From Octopus vulgaris (lineage: Eukaryota), in the NCBI GenBank assembly GCA_951406725.2, contig OX597830.1:47802001-47866000 (forward strand): DNA of 64,000 nt. The letters are read 5' to 3'. Numbering within the stretch: the first letter of the stretch is position 1; every line of letters begins with the position of its first letter. The position numbers and the translations under genes are program-made. Below the pieces are notes generated by a model that saw nothing but the letters and a program-made list of their open reading frames with translations, made no database searches and was not told the origin of the DNA. This document shows positions 39,421 to 53,221 of the stretch, piece after piece.

Positions 39421-39895
39421 GTCATTAAAGAACCCAAAATCAGAAAGCTAGAAGACAACATTGAATAGATTAGTAAATGGCAAGGAATAAATGATTAAAA
39501 GCAACAAAAAGCTGACATGTGTCAAAGACATGTTCCAATAAGAATCCATCAAGAAGATCAGGTCTTTCAGTTTTCTGTCTCTTATTTGTTTCAGTTATTA
39601 GACTGTGGCCAAGTTGGGGCACTGCCTTGAAGAATTTTTAGCCAAATGAATTGACCCCAGTACATATTTATTTTTTGTTAAGCCTGGTACTTATTCTATC
39701 AGCCTCTTTTGCTGAACTGCTAAGTTATGGGGACATAAACACACCAACAACAGTTGTCGAGCAGTGGTGGGACACACACATACACACGAGAGGCTACTTT
39801 CAGTTTCTGTCTACCAAATCCACTCACAAGGTTTTGGTTGGCCTGAGGTTATAGTAGAACATACTTGCCCAAGGTTCCATGCAGTGGGACTGAAT

Positions 39896-40302
39896 CAGGC
39901 ACGTGCCATCAGTAATTACTCAGGGTAGGCAGTTGGTGATGTCTATACAGTAAAATACATAAAAAAATAAGTGAAAAACAGGCATACGACTGAGATGGAG
40001 ACAGGTTTACTTCTGCCTTTATAACCCGTAAAGAAAACGGTGTTGTAGGAGTGTACACAGCATGTGTGCTACAGCAGGACTATATGTACCTTAAATAATG
40101 AGATTGAAAAGCAGGGGTGAATTATGCCTACCTAATCTATAAAAAATAAAATAATTTGCATTTTATGCATAGTAATCAGAGTAACCTTCCTAATTTTATT
40201 AAATTAGGTGCATATTTTGCCATAAAAAGAAAATGTTACTATCAATCTATTTTATTCAGGGTAGGTGCTGTCTACCTTGCCTACCCAGGCAGCACATCCC
40301 TG
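39896..40302. mobile_element. hAT-type MITE inserted in a SINE A copy (39582-40358)
   Basis: Termini CAGGCACGTGC / GCACATCCCTG; imperfect 8 bp TSD GACTGAAT / GATTGAAC; SINE resumes after it. Confidence 0.7.
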
Positions 40303-41829
40303 GATTGAACCCTGAAACATGTGATTGGAAAGCAAACCACACAGCCGTGTCTGTGCCTATTATTAGAAACATAATTTAATAAAAGAAAAAAGAAGAAAAT
40401 GGTAACTAATTATAAAACAGCAGCTGTCTCAGTAATCACGTTCAGTTTTAATGGAAAAAAATTTTAAACAAGTAAGAGAACTTAGAAACACAAGACAAGA
40501 AAATAATGTTCATGGAGACAGAATATATTTAACATACAACGATGGATTGATTCAAACTGGAGTAGACAGAAGGTCCCTTCTAGAAAATAGGGGCAGATTT
40601 TTATCAAATATTTAAAGAACATAAAATGAACAAATAAAGCAGTTTTCTATAAATAAGAAAGCAATTAGCAGAGACCAGTGAGGAGATAAGAATTTTAGAC
40701 ACAACTCGAGAAAGAAGAGAAGAAAATGCAACAGGAAATAGAAACTTGAGAATATAACCGTAGAAATGGAACCAAATATAGATCTTTTATATGGATTGTG
40801 TGTTGCAAGGGCAGACAGGGCTGAAGTTAATGTGAAATAAAAATATAATTGGTTTACTAATTGACCTTAATGGAACTTCAACGAAGTGCCAGAAGAAATG
40901 CTGCTAAACATTTTATCCAATGTACTAATGGTTCTGCTAGCTCGTTAATAATAATTACAACAACAGTGTCAACAATGATGATGATGATGATGATGGTGAC
41001 AACAATGACAATGTTGATGGGAATAACAATCATAATTACTTTTGAATTACTCCAATAATCATCATCATCGTCAACATTATCACTTTACACTTGTTCTTCC
41101 ATGTTCACACAGGATGGAAGGGACTTTTCCAGTTAAGTGTTTCACAACTTAATGTGACCCCAAATCCCCTTTGTAAGGCTTATTTTACCCTATGATTATT
41201 ATCACTACTTCTTCCATTTCCTTTCTTAGTCAACCTCTCCTACATGTTCCATTCATCATCCCTCATATTCTGTGCCATCTATTTGCAGCCATTCCTCACT
41301 TCCCCACATGTTCACCTTAATTAATAACTTCTTTTAATGACCCTTCCTTCTTCCTATCAGAGAGGTCAAATGTGTTGCTGTCATTCCATACCCTCCCCCC
41401 TACTACCCCCAATCCACTGATGTCTTGATTAGCACCAACTCACTTTTCTGCAATCCAGAGAATATCACATCTTTGATCCTTTCATCACAGAAAATTGAGG
41501 AACCTCTTACAGTCAACTTCTCTCATAGGTAAAGAAGTACACCACACTACACTTAGCCCTCTTTTTTTTTCCTAATTACTTGATATTATTCCCCCTTTAT
41601 CCTTTCCCACTTTCACCCAATCCTCCAGATCCACAATTGTTATCTACTAAAAAAGCGAGAGAGAGAAACTCTACGCATTGTATAACGTACCTGCAATATA
41701 CTAATAAACAAGATTAGTCAAAGTCCACCAATGCTCTACGAAGAAACTAAAAGCATCTCTCTACAGTCAACCGTTCACCTTAGTCTGACGTTCACAACAT
41801 AATTAAATATAAGAAAGGTGTTATTATAC

Positions 41830-41912
41830 CTGCGCAGTCGAATTGGTACACGTGTGGCCCGAACCCTGAGTGTGTCTTGCCAGTAACGGACAGCTTTGGG
41901 TAAAATGTCTTT
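41830..41912 (-). CDS. LMLN: LMLN exon: KDILPKAVRYWQDTLRVRATRVPIRLR(R)
   Basis: 83 nt, acceptor tttctctttccag, donor gtataa, phase 0/2; joins flanking exons in frame and fills the expected P.A..Y....L.VR.....I.L.R segment; not in the supplied ORF track. Confidence 0.88.
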
Positions 41913-42292
41913 CTGGAAAGAGAAATGAAATAATACCATAAACACAAAGTAATTACCTTAATTGCCACACACATCTACTTATGTATGCTGGTTACTTGAG
42001 TACTTGTTGTCACAGTCTGTATATCTGTATGGATATATATATATATATATGTACAGTTCTATATTCAAGAGACGAGGAATTATTTACATTATTTACATTT
42101 GACTGATATTTGTAGATAAATAATGTAGATATATGCATCCAACTGACCTGGTGTAAGAATGGGTGCCTGTACATTTGGTGTGCACAACGTAGCATGAGAC
42201 ACATCGTTTGTATCGCCCTATATTCACATCCAGATGTACAAAACCAAATGTGTATATATAGTTATGAACATCTGTAGCTACTTCTCTTTTTA

Positions 42293-42371
<79 letters not shown>

Positions 42372-42510
42372 GAACTAATTGTGTGTGTATATATATATAC
42401 ATACATATACATATACATATATATACATACATATACATATATACATACATATACATATATACATATATATACATATATATATATATACATATACATATAC
42501 ATATATATAC

Positions 42511-42557
<47 letters not shown>

Positions 42558-42646
42558 CATATACATATATATATACATATACATATATATACATATATAT
42601 ATATACATATATATATACACATATATATATACATATATATATATAC

Positions 42647-42709
<63 letters not shown>

Positions 42710-42835
42710 CATATATATATACATATATATATATATATACATATATATATACATATATATATACATATATATATATATATACATATATATACATATATAT
42801 GTAAATATATATATATATATATATAAATATATACA

Positions 42836-42933
<98 letters not shown>

Positions 42934-43148
42934 CATATATATACATACACATATATATATATACATATATATATACATATATATATATATATACATATAT
43001 ATACATACATATATATATACATATATATACATATATATACATATACATATATACATACATATACATATATACATACATATACATATATACATACATATAC
43101 ATATATACATACATATACATATATACATACATATACATATATACATAC

Positions 43149-43187
<39 letters not shown>
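42293..43187. repeat. About 900 bp (TA)n/(TACA)n microsatellite
   Basis: Direct; source of YI-repeat ORFs. Confidence 0.98.
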
Positions 43188-43193
<6 letters not shown>

Positions 43194-44190
43194 CATCCTC
43201 ATTGTTTAATGTCTGTTTTCCATGCTGGCATAAGTTGGATGGTTCGACTGGGGTCTGGGAAGCCAGGAGGCTGCACCAGGCCCCATTCTGATCTGGTAGT
43301 GTTTCTACAGCTGGATGCTTGTTACGTGCCACCGACACAGGGGCCAGAGGGGACTGGCAACAACCACAATTGGTTGATGCTTTTTACATGCCACCAGCAC
43401 AGAAGCCAGTCAAAGGGGCGCTGGCATCAGCCACGTTTGGATGGAACCTTTTACATGCCACCGGCATGGTGATCACAACTACAATTTCCATTTGATTTTG
43501 ATTTTCTTGACTCAATAGGTCTCCTCAAGCATGATGTATATATGTGTGCATGTGTGTGTGCAAGTATTTTTTTAATGTGTACAAATAAAAAGGAAAAAAC
43601 AAATAAATAGTTACCAGGGTATCATAAATTCACATAAGTCCCAAAGATATTACAGCCTACTTATAAAGGTAGAAATTCCAGGGTTAAGTGAAATGATGAA
43701 TTAAGAAATGGAGTCAAATGCAGGTGTTATTCGAATCATTGGAAGTATAAATGATTTCAATAACACCTGTTCTATTGAGTCAAGTACCTCTAATGACATA
43801 TATTAAATCAAATTAAATGAAAATTGCAGTGGTGACCCCCATGACAGTAGCACGTAAAAAGCACCATCCAAACATAGCTGATGCTAGTGCCGCTTTGACT
43901 GGCTTCTGTGCTGGTGGCACGTAAAAAGCACCATCTGTATGTACCCATATGTACACACACACTTGCTCTCATACATATACACACACAGAGACTCACATAA
44001 TCTTATGCTTGCTTACACATACATACACATGCATTCGCCCATACACACACACATACACACTTGTGCATACACTTTAGCCAAGTCACTGTTATCTCTCCTT
44101 CCATTCAACCACTTCCTTCCAGTCATTTCAACATGTGAAACCTTAATCCAAAAAAATGTATTTTTTCTTTCTTTGTTTTCTTTACTAATT

Positions 44191-44228
44191 CTTTTCTGAC
44201 AAAGAGCTTAGGCTCAAAACATCAAAGG
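44191..44228 (+). ncRNA. CpG-decayed minimal hammerhead relic
   Basis: TTT-CTGAC[A]A-A-GAGC(ttag)GCTC-[A]AAA-C[A]TC-AAAG; restoring three CpGs gives CUGACGA, GAAA, CGUC. Confidence 0.55.
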
Positions 44229-44850
44229 CTTTTCCATTTTTCCTGAGCATCAGACTAATACATCTTGTTTGTTGTTTCTTCATCTGTCCCCATCTTTTGT
44301 TTTTGTACATTTGTACTCCATACTTTTATCAAGAGAAACAACCTTGTAGTTTCTTCAAGCTGTTTAACAAGATAGAAACAGCAATCAAATCTCCCTTAAA
44401 TCACACTCAACCATCTTAAAACAAGAGTATTATTAACAGTGACCTCAAAGTTTTGGCCAGCCATTATCAGTTTGAAGGTGGATTAACTGGTTGAAATCAT
44501 ATTCAATAATAATTTTGTTTTAGAATATATGTTGGACGTCTTTCAGTTTCTATCTACCAAATCAATAAAATCCACAAGGCTTTGGTCAGCCTAGGGCTAT
44601 ATTAGAAGAACCCAAAATTATGTAGTTCATAACCACACAGGTGTATCTTGAACACCTTGAATTCTATCATAGCAATAAATAGTATTTGCTTTGCATAAAG
44701 ATAATATCGCTTTAAATATAGCACGAGTATATAAAATGAAACAAAGCTAAAATTGATATATTAATTTATAAGTATCGGACAGGGAGGTCATAGTTCAGAG
44801 ACAGAACTGCAACATCAACAACAACAACAACAACAACAACATAAGCCTAC

Positions 44851-44985
44851 CTGAAGTAAATCCCGGTATTTCCTTGATGGCAAAAGCGATACACTTTTAT
44901 CGTAATGTAAGTAAATACGAAGTGGTTGGTCAACACTTCTCTTACGTATGATGTGGGCTGGCTCGAGATGGACATCGTGGATGAC
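44851..44985 (-). CDS. LMLN: Leishmanolysin-like peptidase (invadolysin) exon, most 5' exon found: VIHDVHLEPAHIIRKRSVDQPLRIYLHYDKSVSLLPSRKYRDLLQ
   Basis: 135 nt, acceptor ttgtacag, donor gtaggc, phase 0/0; resembles the LMLN pro-region (V..VHL...H..KR.VD..LRI...YDKSV) as recalled. Confidence 0.9.
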
Positions 44986-45742
44986 CTGTACAACAGAATC
45001 AATAACCAATCAATAAATTGTAATTAAATGCAGCAATAAAAATTAATGTAGCTCGTTAAAATAATTACAAAAAGAAACCATATATCATTTTAGAAATAAA
45101 AAGATTATAATTTTTTGGTGCCATTAACCTAATCTTTGCAGATAAAATATTTTTCATTTAAATAAGTTGATGTTAGATTGGTTTTGTCTTTTTTTAAATG
45201 AAATTAATGGGAAGAGGCAGGCATTGTTGTTTGGTTAAGGAGTTTGCTGAACAACCTTGGGGTTCTGGGTTCAATCTCATTGTGTGATACCTTTGGTAAG
45301 TTTTAATTATTTGCTTGGTGTAAGGCAGAATCATCAGCACGCTGGGCAAGAGGCTTAATGGCATTCCGTCCGTCTTTATCTTCCAAGTTCAGATTCTGCC
45401 AAAGTTAACTTTGCATTCTTTCAGAGTCGATAAAATAGGTACCAGCTGAGTACTGGGGTCAATGTAATCGACAAGATCCCCTCCCCCACCCCAAATCTTA
45501 GGCCTTGTGCCTGTAGCAGAAAGAGTTATATGTATTAGTAGCCTTATAATTAAAAATGTTATTATCGTTAGCTTAAATAAAGATTCCTAGGATGAAACTG
45601 CTCTGACTCTTTGTACACATCTAAGCATGAAGCATCTCATAAAGATGACAATGGCGAAGATGAGACCGATGAAAAGATTGCTCCAAGTCTAAAGTCTAAA
45701 GATGAGGTCAATAGTTTGAAGAATTATGAGATTATTAACAAC

Positions 45743-46140
45743 AGGCATACGAGTGGCTGTGTGGTAAGTAGCTTGCTTACCAACCATAAGGTTCGGGGTT
45801 CAGTCCCACTGCATGGCACTTTGGGCAAGTGTCATCTACTATAGCCTCAAACCAACCAATGCCTTGAGAGTGGATTTGGTAGATGGAAACTGAAAGAAGC
45901 CCGTCGTACATATATGTATGTGTGTGTGTATATGTTTGTGTGTCTGTGTTTGTCCCCCCAACATCGTTTGACAACCGATGCTGGTGTGTTTACGTCCCCG
46001 TAACTTAGCAGTTTGGCAAAAAAGACCAATAGAATAAGTACTAGGCTTACAAAGAATAAGTCCTGGAGTCGATTTGCTCGACTAAAGGCAGTGCTCCAGC
46101 ATGGCCGCAGTTAAATGACTGAAACAAGTAAGAGAAAGAG
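45743..46140 (+). mobile_element. SINE family A full-length copy
   Basis: Near-identical to 49031-49450. Confidence 0.88.
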
Positions 46141-46500
46141 TAACAAGTCACATCAAACATTTAGTCTTCTTAGAAATGATATTTTTGGGGTCATCATTGA
46201 TTTTGGTATTGTACTTTTGTGCGACTGTAATCCCCAAATAAAAGTGGTGGTGGCCATGTGGCTGTATTGTTTATCCATCAACAGGGATGCTAATTATGAA
46301 GAGGGGGTTGTAGGGTAGGGTAAGAGTTGCAGTGGGTGGGATGACCACGGGCCAAAATATTACATCAAGATCTCAAAATCTAAGGGTACAACATCAAGTT
46401 GTTGGGATTTTAGAGAATAAGAAGGCAAAGGTAAAAGGGGAGAAAGGGGACAACAAAAGAAAGAAAGAACGGGAGAGGGGAGATGACAAGAGAAAAAAAG

Positions 46501-46555
<55 letters not shown>

Positions 46556-47310
46556 CAACAACAATAATGATAACAATAATAATATGAAAATCTTTCTAAA
46601 TTTCATTTTTCTCATCTGTCACTCTTTTCTTCAATTAAGTCCGATGCTTTTGTTTTCTTCTTTTTTTTATAAGCTTTTGTTTAATAATGTACAAAAATAA
46701 CTTGACAAAATTTAATTTTCATTTAAAGCTCATGGAAAACTTTGTTTTTTGGAACCTGAAATACTGCTTGCTTTTTTTGTTTTTTTATGAAGCTAAAGGA
46801 ATCATATTAATATCATAAACATAATTTCTTCCAGAGGTAAAACAATGGTGAATTTGACAGAAGATCATTTACTGCATATTTGATATAAATTGAATTTTGC
46901 AGAGTAAAATTGACAGCCAAAACCCGGCAGATTGACTAATATATTAAGACAACTTTTGAGGACCAAAAACTCCATGAGAAATGCAGCAGGATTTGGAGAG
47001 ATAGAGACAATGTTTGATTTCTTAAACTAGTGACTGTGTTGATTTGTAAGCCAGACCATGCAGTAAAAGCAAATGGCATCACATAGAGTGGACCCTCAAC
47101 TCAAACAATAAAACTGTTGGAATATTGTCTCTTCCCTTAAATACATAGGTTCATGGTCCTTTAGGTTTCTTGTGTTCCCTTTTGGAGGCTAATCATTGTC
47201 TGCACAGACTGAATATGTAATTTCAGCATCAATTTGAAATGTCTGGTCACCACTACATACTACAACCTACGATAATATTTCCTTTCTACAATTTTGACTC
47301 AAACCAGACT

Positions 47311-48238
47311 TACAGGAAGGAATGAGAGAAATACAACTGAGTTTCAGGAACGAATGAGGGAAATAAAATTATGTTACAGGAAGGAATGAGAAAAATAAAA
47401 CTGAGTTTCAGGAAGGAATGAGAGAAATAAAACTGAGTTTCAGGAAGGAATGAGGGAAATAAAACTGAGTTTCAGGAAGGAATTAGAGAAATAAAACTGA
47501 GTTTCAGGAAGGAATTAGAGAAATAAAACTGAGTTTCAGGAAGGAATTAGAGAAATAAAACAGAGTTTCAGGAAGGAATGAGAGAAATAAAACTGAGTTT
47601 CAGGAAGGAATTAGAGAAATAAAACTGAGTTTCAGGAAGGAATGAGAGAAATAAAATTGAGTTTCAGGAAGGAATTAGAGAAATAAAACTGAGTTTCAGG
47701 AAGGAATTAGAGAAATAAAACTGAGTTTCAGGAAGGAATTAGAGAAATAAAACTGATGTTTCAGGAAGGAATGAGGGAAATAAAACTGAGTTTCAGGAAG
47801 GAATGAGAGAAATAAAACTGAGTTTCAGGAAGGAATGAGGGAAATAAAACTGAGTTTCAGGAAGGAATGAGGAGAGAAATAAAACTGAGTTTCAGGAAGG
47901 AATGAGAGAAATAAAACTGAGTTTCAGGAAGGAATGAGGGAAATAAAACTGAGTTTCAGGAAGGAATGAGAGAAATAAAACTGAGTTTCAGGAAGGAATG
48001 AGAGAAATAAAACTGAGTTTCAGGAAGGAATTAGAGAAATAAAACTGAGTTTCAGGAAGGAATGAGGGAAATAAAACTGAGTTTCAGGAAGGAATGAGAG
48101 AAATAAAATTATGTTACAGGAAGGAATGAGGGAAATAAAACTGAGTTTCAGGAAGGAACGAGAGAAATAAAACTGAGTTTCATGAAGGAATGAGAGAAAT
48201 AAAGTTATGTTACAGGAATGAATGAGGGAAATACAACT
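47311..48238. repeat. 32 bp minisatellite, about 29 copies
   Basis: Unit CTGAGTTTCAGGAAGGAATGAGAGAAATAAAA with minor variants, no spacers. Confidence 0.97.
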
Positions 48239-49030
48239 GGGTATTGAATAAAGAGTGAAGATGACCAGAATTTGTAAGGCAAGAGAAATGAGACACAGCT
48301 TCATGGTGCCTTTGTAAAATGACATTTTGTAAAGTGACATTAATGAAGCAAAATGGTATCCAAAGGATTAATCAGAAACTGAAATCTTTCTCAACATCTA
48401 CCAAAAATTTCTGATCTATCTTTTCCTTCATCCATTTATCTCCTCGCATATATTTATCTCTCTTCTCCTATCTTTGCAGCTCATTCAGCCATTCTCTCCC
48501 TATGTTACTTTCTAGCCAAGTTTGTATGTCTATTTATCTATCTACTTAACTATCCCTCTTAGGAGAGAATTCATGCTAAGATGCATCTTGTAGAAAATTA
48601 CTAGGCTGCTAGAAATTACCCATCTAGAGTTGAAAGGAGAAGAAATAAGCTATAATTTTCCACCCAGCTTTGCAAATTTTTCTCCTGCTCGAAATAAATA
48701 CAATAATTTACACAGAGCATTACTCGGTTTTATTCAGTTTATTTATATACTTTTTTTCTCCTCACCCCAATCCCCACCTCTTCTAGTAATGGGAGTGGGA
48801 GATTTCAACAACATACTCGATTCCATATACTTTATCATATTATGTGGAAGACATGTTCTCAGTTTATTTTCTCTTTACAAGAGAAATATTATCATAGCTG
48901 TCATCACCACCATCGCCACCACCACCACCACCATATTCATCATTGTTATTATAATAGGAAGCGCCATGCCTGTAGTAATGGTCAGAAAAACCAGGTTTTT
49001 AACTCAGTTTGGATTCCAAGTAAAGAACAT

Positions 49031-49450
49031 AGGTGCAGGAGTGGCTGTGTGGTAAGTAGCTTGCTAACCAACCACATGGTTCCGGGTTCAGTCCCACTGC
49101 GTGGCATCTTGGGCAAGTGTCTTCTGCTATAGCCCCGGGCCGACCAATGCCTTGTGAGTGGATTTGGTAGACGGAAACTGAAAGAAGCCTGTCGTATATA
49201 TGTATATATATATATGTGTGTATGTGTGTTTGTGTGTCTGTGTTTGTCCCCCTAGCATTGCTTGACAACCGATGCTGGTGTGTTTAAGTCCCCGTCACTT
49301 AGCAGTTCGGCAAAAGAAACCGATAGAATAAGTACTGGGCTTACAAAGAATAAGTTCTGGGGTCGATTTGCTCGACTAAAAGGGCGGTGCTCCAGCATGG
49401 CCGCAGTCAAATGACTGAAACAAGTAAAAGAGAAAAGAGAAAAAAAAGAG
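49031..49450 (+). mobile_element. SINE family A reference copy (tRNA-derived, internal TA/TG microsatellite)
   Basis: A box TGGCTGTGTGG, B box GGTTCAGTCCC, tail gcagtcaaatgactgaaacaagt(aaaagag)n; more than 10 related copies in window. Confidence 0.9.
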
Positions 49451-49619
49451 AACTGTTACGTAATTTACATTCCATAAGACCTCGATGCAAAGCGTGTCGG
49501 ACACATTTCTACCTTTACCATTTCCCCAGAAATCTTTACTAATTTAATCATTCATTACTATTATCATCGTTGTTGTTGTTGTTGTTACTGTTTCAGCACT
49601 TTTTCAATAATTTCACAGT

Positions 49620-49785
49620 TGTGGCTGTGTGGTAAGAAGCTTGCTTCCCAACCACATGGTTCCAGGTTCAGTTTTCATATGTAACTAACTTGAAGAACTG
49701 TCTTATATTATAGCCCTGTGCTGACCAAAGCCTTGTGAGTGGATTTAGTAGAATGAAACTGAAAGAAGCCAATCGTATGTGTGTG

Positions 49786-49817
<32 letters not shown>

Positions 49818-50015
49818 CTTGCCCCCTACCACTGTTTGACAACTGGTGCTGGTGTGTTTACATCCCTGTAACTTTGCGGTTCAGCAAAAGAGACTGATAG
49901 AATAAGTACCAGGCTTGAAAAGAAAATAAATGTCAGGGGTGATTCGTTCAACTAAGATTCCCTAATGCGGTGCCCCAGCATGGCCGCAGTCTAATGATTG
50001 AAACAAGGAAAAGAA
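49620..50015 (+). mobile_element. SINE family A copy
   Basis: Same structure as 49031-49450. Confidence 0.8.
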
Positions 50016-52521
50016 GTTAGATAACTAAGAGCTGCACCTCTTGTGTTACTCAGCAGACAAATTGCAGAATTAATTTCTGGAGGAAGAGATGGACGGGCGG
50101 GGCGGGGTGGGGTGGGTCTTTGTATCACAATTCATTGATGTTTGTGTTGTGGTGTTTATTTTGTTTGCTGGAAAAGCTTTCTATAATGTTAAGAGGTGAC
50201 TGAGTTGAACAGAATAGAATACATGATACGGATGCTGCTGTGCCAGGGTATTGAAAAGGAGTAATATTTAGGATGGTGTTGTTGTTCTGTTTGAGGTCAG
50301 CCTTGATTGAGCAGATCCGTGATCAAAGTCGTCCACCCATGACTACCCTGCTATCACTTTTTTGATGAGATCTAGCTAGGTGCATGCTTAAGAAGTCTTG
50401 GATTCAGTTCCATTTGCATGGTTTCTTTAGCAAGTGTCTTCTTCTAGAGCCCTGGGTCCACCAAAGCCTTGTGAGTAGATCTGGTAGATGGAAATTAAAA
50501 GAAACCCTATTGTGTGTGTGTATGTGTGTGTGTGTGTGTACCTTGGTCAAGACATCACACAATTGTTGTGAAAGAGCATCAGTCATACAAGTGAGGTTAT
50601 TCAATTCCAATCATCATCATCGTCCTCATCATTTAACGTCCATTGTCCATGCTGGCATGGGTTGGATGCTTTGACCAGAGCTGGGAAGCTGCACCAGGTT
50701 CCAGTCTGCTTTGGCTTGGTTCCTCTGGCTGGATGCCCTTCCTAATGCCCGTCCCTTTGCAGTTGTGTCCTGAGTGCCTTTAACGTGGCACTGGCATCAG
50801 TGCTTTTCACGTGGCAGTGGCACAGGACTCTTGCAGACCAATCCTCTCCACCAGGTGGAGCAGCCTTCACACTTCTGCTGTGAAGGACAGGTCTTCTTGA
50901 GCAGAGAGAAAGGTGCCAGGTATCTCGGTCTTTTGTCATCTCGTTCGATAAGTTCAGCATGAAAAACATGTCCAGCCATAGGGAAATATTACCTTGCTTG
51001 GAAACAGGTGGGGACTGGTGACAGGGGCATCATATCAAACATACAATAATTATAATTTAACTTTAGCCAAATTTCTTGGTACTTATACAAAATGATGAAA
51101 TGAATGCTAATTTTCAACAAAAAAAAATTCCTTAAAATAAAATTAGATAAAACAAATATTTTATTCATATATTTGCAGTAAAATGTCATGGAAATGACAT
51201 GAAACTGGGTCCAGAATTTTGAGAAATGTGGGACCATCTTTCAGCTATTATTATTCCCAGGTTTGCTCTGACACAAAATATGAGCACCTGTCAGGACCCC
51301 AAATGTTGGGTTAATTAGCATGCTAAGGAACCCTCACTGCCTTAAGAAAGGAAAATGCTGGTGGGTGGGTGGGTGAGTGGGGGAATTAACCTTGAGAGCA
51401 AATCAAAGAGGGGAGTCCTTTAGGTGGTCCAATACCCTCTTTGATACCCTTCTGGCAACTCCAGGATAGGCAGAGCTCTCCGGCCTTGTAAGGTGTTCAC
51501 CCAGAGAAAGGCCACTCCAATGTAAAACCTACAGCTTACTGGTTACTGCAGCTGACTTGGCCTACTGAGCCATTGTGGTCAGAGTACCAAGTCTGAAACG
51601 TGGGATTTGATTGCACAGAGTGTCTCTCACTTTAAAGTTAATAAGCTCAGGCAGGGAGAAAAGCCCTGCAGTGTCAAAGAAGGCATACCCCTCTACATTG
51701 CCATCTACAGACACAAAAATCTGCAATCATTATATTACTTTTCAATATTTTATCAATATAATTGTAATCTACTTCAAAAGCCTTTCTCTGCAAAATTCCA
51801 TAAAAGAACATGCATTTTTCAAAAAGTTATTAGACAATAATCCTGCATCACTTACATTAACTTTCTCTTTCTCTCTGTCTGTTTGTCTCTCTCCCCATTT
51901 CTCTGCCTCTAAGAGCTGGATGGTTTCGTGCCACCTTCACTCAAGCACTTCTGGTTTCTTCCTCACATCTCCCACCTTCCTAGCCCACTCTCGGTTCCTC
52001 ATCTTTCCCCAACACCAAACCAAAAAGAGAAAGGCATAAATTAGGCGCAGGCACGGTGGCTGAGTGGTTAAGGAGCTCACTCTGCGACCACACGGTTTGA
52101 GGTTCGGTTCCCCTGCACAGCACCTTGGCCAAGTGTCTGCTGCTATAGCCCTGTGATGACCAATGCCTTGTAAGTAAATAAATGGATAATGTGAGGAAGC
52201 CCATTGTGTGTATGGATGTGTCTTTGTGTTGTGTTTGATACCCACCACCACTTAACTGATCTAGCGGTTCAGCAGAAGACATTGACAGAATAACCACCAC
52301 ACTTAAAGAATAAGTACTGGGGGGTCAATCTGTTTGAAAGTGGTGCTCCAGCATGGCTGTAACGCAATGAATGAAGCAAGTAAAGGATAAAAGACAGGTA
52401 CCAACACAAATTCACATGGAACAGAGTAAATACTGTATTATGAGTGTATATATAACTATTTTATTGGTTTTGCAGATAAACGATACCGCATGTATACATA
52501 CATATACATATATACATTTAT

Positions 52522-52860
52522 AATGGAAATTGTAGTTGTGACCCCGTGCCGGGGGCACATAAAAAGCACCATCCGAATGTGGCCAATGCCAGTGCTGCCT
52601 TGACTGGCTTCTGTGCCGGTGGCACATAAACAGCACCATCCAATCGTGGTCGATGTCAGCTCCTCTGGTCCCCGTGCTGGTGGCACGTAAAAAGCACCCA
52701 CTACACTCTCAGAGTGGTTATCATTAGGAAGGGCATCCAGCTGCAGAAACACTGCCAGATCAGATTGGGGCCTGGTGCAGCCTCTTGGCTTCTCAGACCC
52801 CAGTCGAACTGTCCAACCCATGCCAGCATGGAAAGCGAACATTAAATGATGATGATGATA
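52522..52860 (+). mobile_element. RTE 3'-tail copy with UTR repeats
   Basis: aaaagcaccatcc repeats, aggaagggcatccagc, ccaacccatgccagcatgg, (GAT)n. Confidence 0.8.
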
Positions 52861-52884
52861 CTTATATATACATACATACATATG

Positions 52885-53221
52885 CGGAGACCCCCTTTGG
52901 TCATGAATGATCATGGGATTGCACCTAGAAAGTTACCCTTCGAGACACAAGTCAGGGCAAGGTTGTTTATGGAAGACCAGCAGTCGCCCATCATACCAGC
53001 CTCCACTCTCCATGCCACCGGTGTCATCCAAGAGAAAGGCAAAGGCCAATACAGCTTGGCACTTGTGACGTCACAACTCATTTCTACAGCTGAGTGAACT
53101 GGAGCAATGTGAAATGAAGTGCCTTGCTCAAGAATACAACATGCAGCATAGTCCGGGATTCGAACTCACAACATCGCGATCATAAGTTCAACACTCTAAC
53201 CACTGAGCCATGCACCTTCAC
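52885..53221 (-). mobile_element. tRNA-derived SINE family C
   Basis: Minus: TGGCTCAGTGG A box, GAGTTCGAATCCC B box, cttgagcaaggcact body; related head at about 26535-26660. Confidence 0.75.

Noticed and set aside
42234-43472. Long ORFs up to 412 aa (YI repeats)
   Set aside because: Translation of a (TA)n microsatellite.
47311-48238. CRISPR-like array of 32 bp repeats
   Set aside because: Units are contiguous with no unique spacers, no cas genes, eukaryotic context.
53140-53221. Possible tRNA gene (also 2620-2693, 17712-17787, 49031-49105)
   Set aside because: A/B boxes present but cloverleaf stems are imperfect and each continues into a repeat body; SINE heads.
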